Shown here: positions 25,757 through 38,371 of the stretch, in pieces
How positions within the stretch are numbered: the first letter of the stretch is position 1
How the letters are laid out: every line of letters begins with the position of its first letter
Source: Anolis carolinensis
Lineage: Eukaryota
NCBI RefSeq assembly: GCF_035594765.1
Contig: NC_085843.1
Location: 65,456,201-65,520,200 of the forward strand
Length of the DNA: 64,000 nucleotides
Reading direction: 5' to 3'
Notes under the pieces: model-generated
Seen by the model: the letters and a program-made list of their open reading frames with translations, nothing else
Databases searched by the model: none
Told to the model about the DNA's origin: nothing
Translations under genes and position numbers: made by a program

Positions 25757-26377
25757 CCTTAGGAGATGCTGGTGCTTTTTCCTCTCTGCAGAATGACTAT
25801 TGCCATATCCATAGGTCATATCAAAATCCTTAATTTTGGCACCAAAACCTGTTCCCAACTTTTATGTGAAGTTGATTTATGCACATGTATGTCATGCACT
25901 GGAGTGGAAAATGTTCACAGGAACAAAAGTTACAAAAGGAAAAAAAAAGAGTTTACACTGAACCACTGACCCACCACAGCCACTACACTGAAATGCCTTT
26001 TTGTCAAAATTATTTTCCCTCCATGTTGTTGTGTGCTGATGCTAAATACAAATAATAATATCTGACATGTTTCTGAATCAGCTGATCTGAGGGTGTAGAA
26101 TTTATGCAGATTAACACAACTACAGAGCAGATGCATCCTGAGTTGTTTATGACTCGCCCAACCATTAATACACATCATTTTAGGGAAGACAATTATATGG
26201 CTGCCTATACTGGGAAAACGATAGATATGGATATAGATAATTTCCTTATCATCCATTAGTATCACATACACATTTGTGTACATAGATATCAAATGTTGAA
26301 CCCCCATATCCATGGGTGATACTGTTGCACCCCAAGGCAGCGCGAGCACTCGAAAACCAGACCGGAGCCAATATAAC

Positions 26378-26531
26378 NNNNNNNNNNNNNNNNNNNNNNN
26401 NNNNNNNNNNNNNNNNNNNNNNNNNNNNNNNNNNNNNNNNNNNNNNNNNNNNNNNNNNNNNNNNNNNNNNNNNNNNNNNNNNNNNNNNNNNNNNNNNNNN
26501 NNNNNNNNNNNNNNNNNNNNNNNNNNNNNNN
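26378..26531. other. Assembly gap
   Basis: Run of N. Confidence 1.
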
Positions 26532-26723
26532 CAGAGTAAGAAATAGTCCATAATATATAGTCTATTGCAATTCAGAAAGAGTTTATCAATGTCCAATTTG
26601 TAATCCACAAGTGATGCTCGCTCGATAGCTTCCTTTAGAAATCAAAGTTTGTCCATGAAGCAATAGCAGAAAACAAAGCACTGCAAATCCACTTGAAAAG
26701 ACCCGTAGCAAAGTCAAGGAAGC

Positions 26724-29106
26724 AAGGTAAATTCCTCACTTGCCTTGCAGATAATTTTATGGTCCAGAAGGTAGAAGAGGCAACAAGGGGATCAGCAACT
26801 CTTGATCTAATCTTAACAAATGTGGAAGACCTGATCAATACAGTTGAAGTGGTTGGATCCTTAGGGGCAAGTGACCATGTGCTCCTGCAGTTTGCAATAC
26901 AAAGGAATGCTGAAACTAAGACAAGTCAAACATGCATTCTGGACTTTAAGAGAGCTGACTTCCAAAAATGAAGGAATTACTGAGCGGCATTTCATGGACG
27001 CCAATATTAAAAAACAAGGGAGTTAAGGATGGATGGGAGTTTTTCAAAAGTGAAATACTCAAGGCGCAAATGCAAACAGTGCCAACAAAGAAGAAAAATA
27101 AGACAAGTGCAAAGAAGCCAGAATGGATGTCCAAAGAACTTCTAACTGAGCTAAAGCTCAAAAGTGACATACACAAAAAGTGGAAAAGGGGAGAAATCAC
27201 CAAAGAAGAATTCAAACGTATAGCCAACACCTGTAGGGAAAAGGTTCGCAAGGCTAAAGCGCAAAATGAGCTCAGGCTTGCCAGGGACATAAAAAACAAC
27301 AAAAAAGGCTTTTTTGCTTACGTTGGTAGAAAAGGGAAGAAAAAGGAGGCGATAGGGCCATTGCAAGGAGAAGATGGGGTGATGGCGACAGGGGACAGGG
27401 AAAAGGCAGAACTACTTAATGCCTTCTTTGCCTCGGTCTTCTCACAAAAAGAAAGCCATCTTCAACCTCAGCAACATGGAATGGACGAAGGATTGGGGGA
27501 AATCCAACCCCAAATAGGGAAACAAGTTGTCCAGGAACACCTGGCCACTCTAAACGAATTCAAGTCCCCAGGGCCAGATCAGCTACATCCAAGAGTACTG
27601 AAGGAACTAGCGGAAGTTATTTCAGAACCACTGGCAATTATCTTCGAGAGTTCTTGGAGAACGGGAGAAGTCCCAGCAGATTGGAGGAGGGCGAATGTGG
27701 TCCCTATCTTCAAGAAGGGAAAAAAGAACGACCCAAACAATTACCGTCCGGTCAGCCTCACATCAATACCAGGCAAAATTCTGGAAAAGATCATTAAGGA
27801 AGTGGTCTGCGAACACTTAGAAACAAATGCGGTCATTGCTAATAGTCAACACGGATTTACCAAAAACAAGTCATGCCAGACTAATCTGATCTCTTTTTTC
27901 GATAGAGTTACAAGTTGGGTCGATACAGGGAATGCTGTGGATGTAGCGTACCTGGATTTCAGTAAGGCCTTCGACAAAGTCCCCCACGACCTTCTGGCAA
28001 ACAAACTAGTAAAATGTGGGCTAGACAAAACTACAGTTAGGTGGATCTGTAATTGGTTAAGCGAACGAACCCAAAGAGTGCTCACCAATGCGTCGTCTTC
28101 ATCATGGAAAGAAGTGACATGTGGAGTGCCGCAGGGCTCCGTCCTGGGCCCGGTTCTGTTCAACATCTTTATTAACGACTTAGACGAAGGGTTAGAAGGC
28201 ACGATCATCAAGTTTGCAGACGACACAAAACTGGGAGGGATAGCTAACACTCCAGAAGACAGGAGCAGAATTCAAAACGATCTTGACAGACTAGAGAGAT
28301 GGGCCAAAACTAACAAAATGAAGTTCAACAGGGACAAATGCAAGATACTTCACTTCGGCAGAAAAAATGGAAATCAAAGATACAGAATGGGGGACGCCTG
28401 GCTTGACAGCAGTGTGTGCGAAAAAGACCTTGGAGTCCTTATGGACAACAAGTTAAACATGAGCCAACAAAGTGATGCGGCTGCTAAAAAAGCCAATGGG
28501 ATTCTGGCCTGCATCAATAGGGGAATAGCGTCTAGATCCAGGGAAATTATGCTCCCCCTCTATTCTGCCTTGGTCAGACCACACCTGGAATACTGTGTCC
28601 AATTTTGGGCACCACAGTTGAAGGGAGACGTTGACAAGCTGGAAAGCGTCCAGAGGAGGGCAACTAAAATGATTAAGGGTCTGGAGAACAAGCCCTATGG
28701 GGAGCGGCTTAAAGAGCTGGGCATGTTTAGCCTGCAGAAGAGAAGGCTGAGAGGAGACATGATAGCCATGTACAAATACGTGAAGGGAAGTCATAGGGAG
28801 GAGGGAGCAAACTTGTTTTCTGCTGCCCTGCAGACTAGGACACAGAACAATGGCTTCAAACTACAGGAAAGGAGATTCCACCTGAACATCAGGAAGAACT
28901 TCCTCACTGTGAGAGCTGTTCGACAGTGGAACTCTCTCCCCGGGGCCATGGTGGAGGCTCCTTCTTTGGAGGCTTTTAAGCAGAGGCTGGATGGCCATCT
29001 GTCGGGGGTGCTTTGAATGCGATTTCCTGCTGCTTAGTAGGGGGTTGGACTGGATGGCCCATGAGGTCTCTTCCAACTCTACTATTCTATGATTCTATTA
29101 TTCTAT
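26724..29106 (+). mobile_element. Young CR1 LINE, 5'-truncated
   Basis: End of APE domain (TRGSATLDLILTN, LGASDH), full RT, CR1 3' UTR with (ATTCTATG)-like tail repeats. Confidence 0.97.
26968..29016 (+). CDS. CR1 ORF2 reverse transcriptase region (682 open codons; upstream endonuclease part frameshifted)
   Basis: KSPGPD, NYRPVSLTS, QHGF, YLDFSKAFDKVPH, GVPQGSVLGPVLFNIFINDL, KFADDTKLG, LVRPHLEYCVQFW. Confidence 0.93.
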   Translation: MKELLSGISWTPILKNKGVKDGWEFFKSEILKAQMQTVPTKKKNKTSAKKPEWMSKELLTELKLKSDIHKKWKRGEITKEEFKRIANTCREKVRKAKAQNELRLARDIKNNKKGFFAYVGRKGKKKEAIGPLQGEDGVMATGDREKAELLNAFFASVFSQKESHLQPQQHGMDEGLGEIQPQIGKQVVQEHLATLNEFKSPGPDQLHPRVLKELAEVISEPLAIIFESSWRTGEVPADWRRANVVPIFKKGKKNDPNNYRPVSLTSIPGKILEKIIKEVVCEHLETNAVIANSQHGFTKNKSCQTNLISFFDRVTSWVDTGNAVDVAYLDFSKAFDKVPHDLLANKLVKCGLDKTTVRWICNWLSERTQRVLTNASSSSWKEVTCGVPQGSVLGPVLFNIFINDLDEGLEGTIIKFADDTKLGGIANTPEDRSRIQNDLDRLERWAKTNKMKFNRDKCKILHFGRKNGNQRYRMGDAWLDSSVCEKDLGVLMDNKLNMSQQSDAAAKKANGILACINRGIASRSREIMLPLYSALVRPHLEYCVQFWAPQLKGDVDKLESVQRRATKMIKGLENKPYGERLKELGMFSLQKRRLRGDMIAMYKYVKGSHREEGANLFSAALQTRTQNNGFKLQERRFHLNIRKNFLTVRAVRQWNSLPGAMVEAPSLEAFKQRLDGHLSGVL

Positions 29107-30351
29107 AAACAAAGCAGAGTCAATCTCGATTCAGGAACAAGGAAGTCGCGGTAACAAGGCAAGGTCTACTCAGGAGTCGTGGCTCGGTGCGGCTCTCCTG
29201 AAACTGGAAACTCGGCACGGATTCAGAAGACAAGGCAAGGAGCTGGAAACTGGAACCTCTTCTGAGGAAAGGCAAAGTTGACACCGCAATCAGAATAGAG
29301 TGAGGAGTACTTTTAACAGAATCCTAAGTCTGCAAGAATTAGGGAGTGCAGGACCCACAAAGTTATCATGGGAAATTTAATCATTATCCAATTTGAGAGT
29401 GAGTCTTTGATTTCTTCTCACCCCTTGTTTCCTGCTTCTATCTTTTGTAACAAAATCTCTCCGATTAAAAGTTCCATTCTCCCCCACGTCTGTACCATCT
29501 GGTACGGATAACACTGGAGAGACTTTGGAATGTTCGTCAATTAGCTGATCCTGTGATTCTACAATATCTGGGACCTGCAAGGCCATAGGGCCTGGAACTG
29601 AAGCAGGAATGCCCTCAAAATCCATCGCCTCATCTGTTTCTAACTCTAACTCTCGATGAAACCTGGTCCATGGTGGCTGAGCCACAACAGATACATTCCT
29701 GAACTTTCTGTGGAAACAGAAAACCATGGATAATAGCAAATCATATTGAAATTAATTACTTCAACTGGAGGTTACCATAAAGTCCCAAAGGAGACCCTAG
29801 AAAATTCTTAGGATACGTTTTGTCAGATGTAGGTAGGTACCAGTCCCATAGATACTGGGGTCATGTTGTACTGGAAAGGCTAAAGGAAAGGATTGCCATA
29901 TATAGAAAGAGATGGGGGTTACCACAACAGGCTTCTAAAGTATACATACAAGCATTCTGTTCTGTGGTGGTAATTTCTATAAAGAAACAATGTACTGAAA
30001 TACATGATTTTAAAAATTGAAAGCTGGAAAAAAAAAGATAATCTCATAGTAGAGAAAACACTGTTTTCTCAGAATGATTGTTAATTAGTGCCAAACATAA
30101 TCTGCATATTTTTTTTATTACTATGCTGTAGAGTAAATATTGACCATTTAGTCTTCTATTTAAATACTGAAGAAAATTTGTATAGTACATTAAGTGAGAT
30201 GAGAGCGCAAGTGAGTAGCTTGGTCATCCTTTTGGAATAATTTCTTCAAGTGCCATCTGTGGTATTTTTCTTAGACAAAAGGTGTGAACTAAATGTCAGT
30301 ACTTATCTGGTATATGTACTATACCCCCAGCAACAGTAATGTGGTGATGAT

Positions 30352-30455
30352 GGTTGTTGTTATGTGCCTTCAAGTCAACTCTGACTTATGACTACCCTCT
30401 CATGCGGTTTTCTTGGCAAGATTTATTCAGAGGAGGTTTGTCATTGCCTTCTTCT
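30352..30455 (-). mobile_element. SINE 3' fragment (CORE-type with RTE-like tail; Squam3-like)
   Basis: GTTGTTATGTGCCTTCAAGTCA..GACTTATG..TTTTCTTGGCAAGATTT; related pieces at about 23415-23510 and 58955-59105. Confidence 0.55.
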
Positions 30456-32074
30456 TACTGTAACTTTAAATCCATATATACATAACAAACATACATTTTA
30501 TATTTTGAATGTAACACATATGCCTCCAAAGCCTCATGTATTCAATGAAGTGCCAATGGAGAACTCTTCTGCCTGTGCAGCTCAGATATGACAGCAACTT
30601 TAAAACCCTAAATAAAGACTACAAAATAGAAGCAAATACAATGTAAAAAATCACACTACAAAGAATTTACCCTTGTTCTCTTCTAAATGCATAACTAAAA
30701 ATACCATAATCTTTTTCAAACTCCATTTTAACCCTGGCAATTCCTCTCCAGCTCTCCCTCTCCTTCTGAACTCAACCAGCAAATATGGCTTCTTCCTTTA
30801 GTGGTTACATTAGCAATATGTCAATACTTGGATGAGTTACATTAGCAATTTAAAAGCTGCTCAGAATTTAGTTGATGTAGGGCCAATACTTTAATTAAGT
30901 AAAGTGAAACAACTACCCCAAATCACAGTTGCTAGAGGGCATGGATGGGCATCCCTCAGCAGGTTCTCCACAGGCTCCAGATCCACGATTTCCACCCACC
31001 TTGAATTGCCACACCTCCTATTATTAAATGAGGGAGACATAAATGTGTGTGTTTATGTCTTCCTCATCTATGGTTGGTGGAAGTTATGGATCTGGAGCCT
31101 GTGGAGGACCCACTCTAGATTCTCTGAGTGTTCATGTTGCCACTATATAATAACATGGGGTATGATCTTCTGTGTTTCCTTTTCCTTTTCTAGGAGGACA
31201 GAGCTATGCATCATAGATACTATCTTGCCAAGTTATCCTGACATTCACATTTACCATTGCTGAGGTAAGGTTCATCTGCTAGTCCAGGAGATGGAATTGA
31301 CTTTTTATCGTTTGCCCCAAGTAGTAAAATACGCTACCTGAGGATGGTTGCTACCTTAGACCAGTTCTAAGTTGAGGTTTGGCTTAGGGATTTCCACAGT
31401 ATTCATTTTCCCAAATGCTTTCAGTTCTCTATTCAGCCTGCTTATCATTTATATTGTGTTCTAGAGACACACATTATCTCAATATCATAACAGCACAGAA
31501 AAGCGAGTCAAGGTCAGACATTATGTTGCAGCTGGCAGTAGGAAGCTGTAGAAGTGTGAGTTAGCAGTTTGTCTAAAGCCACCTAATTATTTGTGAGTAA
31601 AATGAGACTTTGAACTAAAATCTAATGATTAAAAATAGGATTATAATGATTATAATTTGATTGATTTAAGAAAAATTGGTAACCTGCTTGTCTGCTTCAA
31701 AAAAATCACTTAAAGTGGCTTATGAAACAGAACAACAACCAGTCTCTAAAACATGTAGAAAAATAGAAAAATGAAAGAATCAGCAAAAGCAAAAACACAG
31801 AACCAGAAGTGTGGATGAATAAAATTAAGTAATTTCAAAATGAAACACTTGTTTAATAAAACACTTGTTTTATTAATTCATAGTAAATGACAACTGCAGA
31901 TACTCTACTGTACTACACAACAAGGGCTTTTTCACTCTAACTCTCATGGCTGCATCTTGTGGAATTGTTGGATTTTCACTCTATGGAAGGGTACATAGTA
32001 TTTACAGCCTTGGTGCATCATCAAATTACAAATCCCATGATTTCTTAGATGAAACCATGACAGTTAAAGCTGAC

Positions 32075-32434
32075 TGTGGAACTCCCTCCCCAATGAAATT
32101 AGATTAGTTCCCTCCCTTCTGGCCTTCAGGAGAAAAGTAAAAACTTGGCTATGGGACCAGGCCTTCAGGCAATAAGCAATAAAAGGAATGATCAAAGATT
32201 ATGTGCAATAGAGACTGATATTGGAACGACTCTGGACTTTGATTTTTGGATTATGTGATTTTAATGTTTAAATCAATATGTTTTTAACTGTATGTTTTAA
32301 TGTTTATGTTATTGTGTTTTTATGATTCAATCAGTAGTTGTATAGGCATTTTGTCATAATATGTTTGGAAACTGCTTTGAGTCCCCCATCCAGAGTGAGA
32401 AAAGCGGTATACAAGTAAAGCAAATAAATAAATA
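32075..32434 (+). mobile_element. L2 3' end, inserted into a Harbinger-type MITE (about 31890-32468)
   Basis: LWNSLPNEIRL..FRRKVKTWL, L2 tail with (AAAT)n; MITE sequence ..CAGTTAAAG before, and ATAGTGCTATAA..GTGTGAAAGGACCC after. Confidence 0.85.
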
Positions 32435-35425
32435 TATTATAGTGCTATAATAGTGTGTGAAAGGACCCCATATCTAAAGCCTTCCTTTTTAGAGGTTGGC
32501 CATGTTAGTCAAAAGATTCATTACCTTGGTTTTTTGTCCTTCATTTTTAAAATCCTTCTGCTCATCTCTACTGAACCCTCTATGTTTCTACTTTCATTGT
32601 TAACACTTAGATGCTGTGTTGCTTTGAGAGTTGGATTAAGATCATTTTTCTTTATCTATTAACTAAGAAGTGCATTTGTTCTCATTAGGGCAGTCTGCTG
32701 AAAGAGAACATACACTTCTCCTTCCTTCCTCTAGTCAGCAAGTGGGAAATGCTATTATCTGAGCTTTTCCAATTAGAGTTTGATAAGAATCAGTTAACAG
32801 GAACTTAAATTTTACTCCAGTGGCCACATAGACCTTGTCATGCCAAACAATTTTGGAATGGTGGATTGGTCAAAACTGAGGCTGAAGTAAGAACTAGAAT
32901 GAATGAAGAAACCAGAATTAGGATATTTATACCCAATTTTGTAAATTGTTTGAATTAGGAAAAAATTCATAACCTCAAGTGCAATTTCTTAGATACAATA
33001 TGGTGTGATAGTAGGAGGAATATATATTTCTTATATAAGTGGCCACATTGACATGTTTCAATGCAAAATACTGTATGCACCCCACATTTGCAACTTATGA
33101 AGAAGCATCAAGGAATCCTGGAAATATAGCAACTTCTTGAAGAAAGGGCACTGTCTAGAAATGCACACACGAGTCAAGTACTGGGTCAAAGCCATGTTCA
33201 GTCTTTAGTCTTAATGCTGCTCAGGGGAGAGAAAAATGTAAATTATGAAATGTCCTAAAAATGAATAAGTCATGTGGAAATAATCACAGAAAACTCATTA
33301 AAATTAAAAGTGTGTTTAAATGGTTTCTTGATTGAGAACAAATGCCATTACTTAAGAATGCATTGACTTAAGAACACAAGTCATGTCAAAAAGAGAATAA
33401 TGACTGACATGACATGGAATATAACATGCTCTGTGTCCTCAGCCTCAACTGCTCATTAAGGACAGTTTTTCGAAAAGGTCAATGGTTGTATAAGACAGAA
33501 AATTATTCAAAGCCTTCAAATTATTTCAAGTCTCATTGTATACAAGGTGGTGTGATAAATACAGGCATCTTTAGAAATTTCCCTAAATCAGCTGTTGCAT
33601 AAAACCTTCCTCAATGTTTGCAAGCTACATGTTATTTTAACTCTCCTGCACTTCATTGCCCTTCTGCTGGAAAGACAATGATCGATAATTCTTGGTGTAG
33701 TAAAAGACCATGACTGCAATGAGGCAGAAAGTGCTTAACATGTTGCTATTTCCGTTTGAGAGACCTGGACAAGTCACCCCTACCATCAGGTGACTGGATC
33801 CCAGCTCAGAACTAACATTGCCAAGGCATGAGACTTCATCATTGCCAATTCCTCAGGAAGGGAAAGTGGAGAGTTCTACATGAGGTTGGACCTTTACAAG
33901 AGGATCCCAACTGACCCACTCCCCCTCCACAGTTTTCCCCTTGAGCTGGCTGGCAATGAAAGAAATGTGACCTGGGGTTCTTCATCATTCAGTGTCCCAG
34001 GAGACTCCCCAGGAGACTCCCCAGAACAGCATTTTACTAACCTAAATAGCTATACCAAAAATAACTTGAAAGTGCTAACAGTCAGGTGAACACTATTAAA
34101 AAGGTATACCCAGAGGCAATCAGGGCACAATCCAAAATTCCTATTGAGCCCCAAAAGTCAATTGGGTATTTTCATATGAAAGAAAGTAAATGGGAGCTGT
34201 CAGTGACCAAATGGTCCAGATTTGAGTTGTGCTCCCTTAAATAGGCTGGAATGATCTGGCATAGCATAAGATTATGTTGCACCGTGGTGTCCTTTTCCAA
34301 ATAACAAAGAGGAGTGAGCAAAATCACTCTTGGCTAACAGCCAGTAGTGGAAATGAAAATGTTACATTTTAGTTCCCTAGAGTCACATTTTGTTGCAGAA
34401 TCCACAGATCACTAGATCCTATATAATTATAAGGAAAGTACCCAAATTTCACCCCATGTGCAGGGCTATATTTATATTACGTTATATTATACTATATTTT
34501 GCTATTAACCTAAAATCAGTGGAACCCTTCAACATTTTTCCATTAATATATTGATCTATTGATTTTTAAAAGTTGGGATATTATTTTGCCAACCAATTTA
34601 TCATGCTGGTACAAAAAGAAATGTATCATGTAGTTTTCATGAAGCCAAAATTATGTAGCCTGGTAGTCAAATGGTTAGCTTGCTTTGGAGAAGGTTGATC
34701 CCATTCCCCATTTGTTGGATTACGGAAATATTCCACAGTACAATAAGGGTAAATTTTGTTGTACTTCACTTGATTTTGATTTAATTTTATCTTACCTTTT
34801 ATATTCCTGATCTGGCACAAGATCTCTACAAGGTCCTGAAATTATCATTGTGCAAAGGTTCTTCACAGGTAATAGGTCCTGAATCATTGCTCCCTCTTAA
34901 AGCCAGTTTCTGTTGGCCACAAAGGACAATAGTTTCCCCAATTGGCAGAAGTTTTTTTCTATTTTCTTCTGCTTTTCTTTTTCATGATGACAGGTTACAT
35001 CAGGATGTTTTCCATTGTAAATTAGCAAGAAGTTTGGGTTGAAAACTTAGATGTCTCTTCTTATCCACAGGAAATACATATCCTGACAATGGAGTCCATA
35101 GATTTTGCACTAATTGAGATTTCACTTGGTCATCAGAAACAGTCTTGTTCATATAAAGTCCAAGGCCTAACACAGCTTCTTGTCTTTGCTCCTATTGCAT
35201 TGTAGGAGTGTGTGTGTGTGTGGGGGGGGGGGGGGAGAGGACATCCTCTGCTACAGAATGTGCCTTCTTTAAGGCAACCTATGAGGCCTAGATGCTGCCA
35301 GATGAGGAGGGGAACTGTGCTTAGTGGAGCCAACCAAAACTTCAGCCCTTATGCTCTGCTGTGAAATTCTTGCCAAAAAATGCCAAGGGCAGAGGCATAG
35401 CAATGGGAACTCTCTATTATCCTCT

Positions 35426-36377
35426 GTAAACGGAAGATTCGAGACTGGGCGGTAGCTAGAGGGAACCGAACGATCTAAGTCTGGTTTCTTCAGCAGCGGA
35501 GATACCATTGCCTCTTTTAAACCCTCTGGAAAAACTCCTTGCTCAAGGGAGCTATTTATTATATTCAACAGAGGTTCACGTAATCCCTCCAGGCAAGATT
35601 TTACTAGCCAGGAGGGACACGGATCGAGGGAGCAGATGGTAGGCCTAGTTGCAGTCATGATCAGGCATCTACGTCAGGCTAGGCGACTGGCTCCCTACCT
35701 ATCTAGGAACGACCTGGCTATGGTGATTCAGGCGACGGTAATCTCGAGGCTCGACTACTGTAACGTCCTCTACATTGGCCTTCCTCTGTCAGTGATCCGG
35801 AAACTGAAGCTGGTGCAAAGTGCAGCGGCTCGTCTTCTCACCGGGGTGCCGGCGAGGTGGCATATCACCCCAATTCTACAACAGCTGCACTGGCTACCGA
35901 TTGAGTACCGGATTACTTTCAAGATACTGGTTGTAACCTTTAAGGCCTTACATGGTTTGGGGCCGGCGTACCTGAGGGCCGACTTATCCCCCTACCAACC
36001 CCAGAGATTACTTTGGTCTGAAGACCAAAATTTGCTTGAAGTCCCTAACATACAACTTATCATTTGTCTTCTACTAGGCAGAGAGCCTTCTCGATTGTAG
36101 CCCCTCATTTATGGAATGCCTTGCCAGTTGAAACTTGAACTATCCGAGACCTACTTGCCTTTCGGAAAGCCTGCAAAACCTTGCTATTCCGACAAGCTTT
36201 CGATGGGTGAAAAACTCGGGGCTATGTCTGTTTTTATTGTTGTTTTTATTGTTGTTTTTATTGCTTTTATTGTTATTTTAAAGCTAAGTGTATTGTTTTA
36301 ATCTATTTCTGTAAACCGCTCTGAGCCAAACTGGGAGTAGCGGTATACAAGTCTAATAAATAAATAAATAAATAAAT
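35426..36377 (+). mobile_element. Young L2 with an inverted 5' segment (35426-35655 minus; 35666-36377 plus)
   Basis: Minus: CSLDPCPSW..SYRPVSNLPF; plus: SRLDYCN..LHWLPIEYRITFK..; L2 tail with (TAAA)n. Confidence 0.92.
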
Positions 36378-36924
36378 AGGGAAGGAGAGAACAAAGAAGA
36401 AAAGTTCTAATTCCCCATTAGGAAGCTGGCTCCTATATCAAGCTGAAGCAAAGAGCACAACACCAAGTCTGGTATCCTTCATGAGGTCCTTCAAATTCTT
36501 CCTTTGCCCTAGGCTTTGCCTGCCAGTTGCAGGTGGACCAACTTGGTTGCTTTTTTCTTGATGATATTGCAATGTAAATTGGTGGAAAGGTAGGTAATGA
36601 CAGTGTAAATAAATTGTCAAAATTTGGTTGAGATAGTGCTTGCAGTTATGGAGGAGCTCTTAATTTTTGCTTCTCATAGACTTAGCATGGGGATTTGGTG
36701 AACCAGTTAAAATTCATAAGTAAACCAGTGTTTTTTAGCATGAAAATTTTGGGGGGGGTGGTTTGAACCCCTAAACAACCTCCTTCCCTTGGTTACAGGC
36801 CTGATGGGAAGGGTTCTTGTCAAACTTCCCAGGCAGTTGGGCATACCAAAGTGTGTCTGGAGGTTCAGCCAAATCCATTATTTTTGAAAGAAGTCCTTAT
36901 AAAAAGGAAAATACTAAAAGAAAA

Positions 36925-37466
36925 AGCCATCCTTGACAATAAGAATATCGACTTATTAAAAATGTGGTACTGAAGGAGAGTTGTATGGATACCATAGACT
37001 GTTGTAAAGATGAATGAATGAGCCTGGGAGTAAATCAAATTGGAAGTTTCACTAAGATAACTAAATGGAGGCTGCTGCACTTTGGTCATTTAATGAGATA
37101 ACATGACTCATTGGAAAACATGATGATGCTTGGTAAAGTGTAAGGCAGTAGGATAAGAGGAAGACTGCATTACAGATGGATTGAATCAACAACGAAAGCT
37201 ACAGATCTAAGCTCACAAGACTTAAGCAGTGGAGATGACTGAGAGGGCTCTTGATGGTCTCTAAGGCACCTTCTACACTGCCATATAGTCCAGATTATCA
37301 AAACATTTAATCCAGATTATCTGTTTTGAACTGGAATATATGAATTTACACTGCCATATAATCCAGTTCAAATCAGATAATCTGGATTTTATATGGCAGT
37401 GTAGAAAGGGCCTTATAATCAGGGTTGCCATAAATCAAGAGTCAACTTGAAAACAAATAACAATAC
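36925..37466 (+). mobile_element. Old RTE/BovB-like LINE 3' end, split by a MITE
   Basis: Degenerate FGHLMR..SLE..MMLGKV.GSR.RGR...RWI; RTE 3' end AGGGTTGCCATAAATC..CAACTTGA..AACAA resumes at 37416. Confidence 0.75.
37265..37412. mobile_element. Harbinger-type MITE
   Basis: TIR GGCACCTTCTACACTGCCATATA / TATATGGCAGTGTAGAAAGGGCC; TAA/TTA flanks. Confidence 0.88.
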
Positions 37467-37620
37467 CAATGTTAATGCCCATTATAGCTTGTCTCCAGTT
37501 GTCCAAACAGATTTGTCAAAATTCTTATTAAAATATATCCTCCTATATGAACATAAAGCAGTTTGAGTTGTTGAGGCAAGCAGTGAATGATTACATCTTG
37601 TGATCGCATTTGATACTTTA

Positions 37621-37828
37621 GGGTGCTTAATTAATGCAGTTTGGGCCCATTTTAATTGCCATGCTATGCAATCATGGGATTTGTAGTTTCGTGAGGCACC
37701 AACACTCTATGACAGAGAAGACTAAAGATCTTTTAAAATCATAATTCCCATGATTCCATATCATTGAGCTATGGTAGATAAAGTAGTGTTAAACTGCATT
37801 ACTTCTACATTGTACAGTATATATACCC
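37621..37828. mobile_element. Harbinger-type MITE
   Basis: Long imperfect inverted repeat (ATGCAGTTT/AAACTGCAT, ATCATGGGA/TCCCATGAT); same family as 61822-62009. Confidence 0.7.
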
Positions 37829-37959
37829 TCAGAATACGTTGCATTTATTTTTTAGTCGCTACATTGCACTGCTGCCTCATATCCATATTATGATAACCTT
37901 AAAAAAATCCAGATCCTTTTTGCCCATCCTGCTGCTATTTCTGGCCTTTCTCAAACTAT

Positions 37960-38305
37960 ATATTTGCTGCTCCTTCATATGGTTGGAGTAGGACTTTCTT
38001 GGCTGTTGCTCCTAGTCTCTGGAACTTCTTCCTTAGGGTAACTAAACTATAGCCGCATTTTCCTCTCCTTTCATCAACAGGCAAGGAGCCTTCAAGTAGT
38101 GACTGTTTTTAAAGAAAGGACCATTAACAATACACTCCATTGCTTTTAATGTCCTGTTTTAATTGTATGCTCCAAATTGTTGTTAATGTTACTGACAATT
38201 TAATTACATTTTATGTTAATCTTCTGTTTAGTCTAGCTATGCTGTATTTGCTTTCATTTGTAAGCTGCCTTTGAGTCTTGATTTTGGAGAAATTGGGATG
38301 ATACT
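37960..38305 (+). mobile_element. Old L2 3' fragment
   Basis: Degenerate RTFLAVAPSLWN motif and tail TGTAAGCTGCCTTTGAGTC. Confidence 0.55.
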
Positions 38306-38371
38306 GGTGATATGATTTTAAATTTGCCTCAGGGAATATCAGTGAAATTTATTGAAAGAACCATTTAGAAA

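Larger units (their letters stand above)
26323..29689 (-). mobile_element. Solo LTR (probably Gypsy), interrupted by a gap and a CR1
   Basis: Termini TGTTG...CAACA; exact 5-bp TSD GATAC at 26318-26322 and 29690-29694; orientation and superfamily inferred. Confidence 0.8.
26295..29815. mobile_element. Tigger-like MITE remnant split by the solo LTR (26295-26322 and 29690 to about 29815)
   Basis: GTTGAACCCCCATATCCATGGGTGATAC continues as ATTCCTGAAC..AAAACCATGGATAATAGCAAA once the LTR is removed. Confidence 0.55.
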
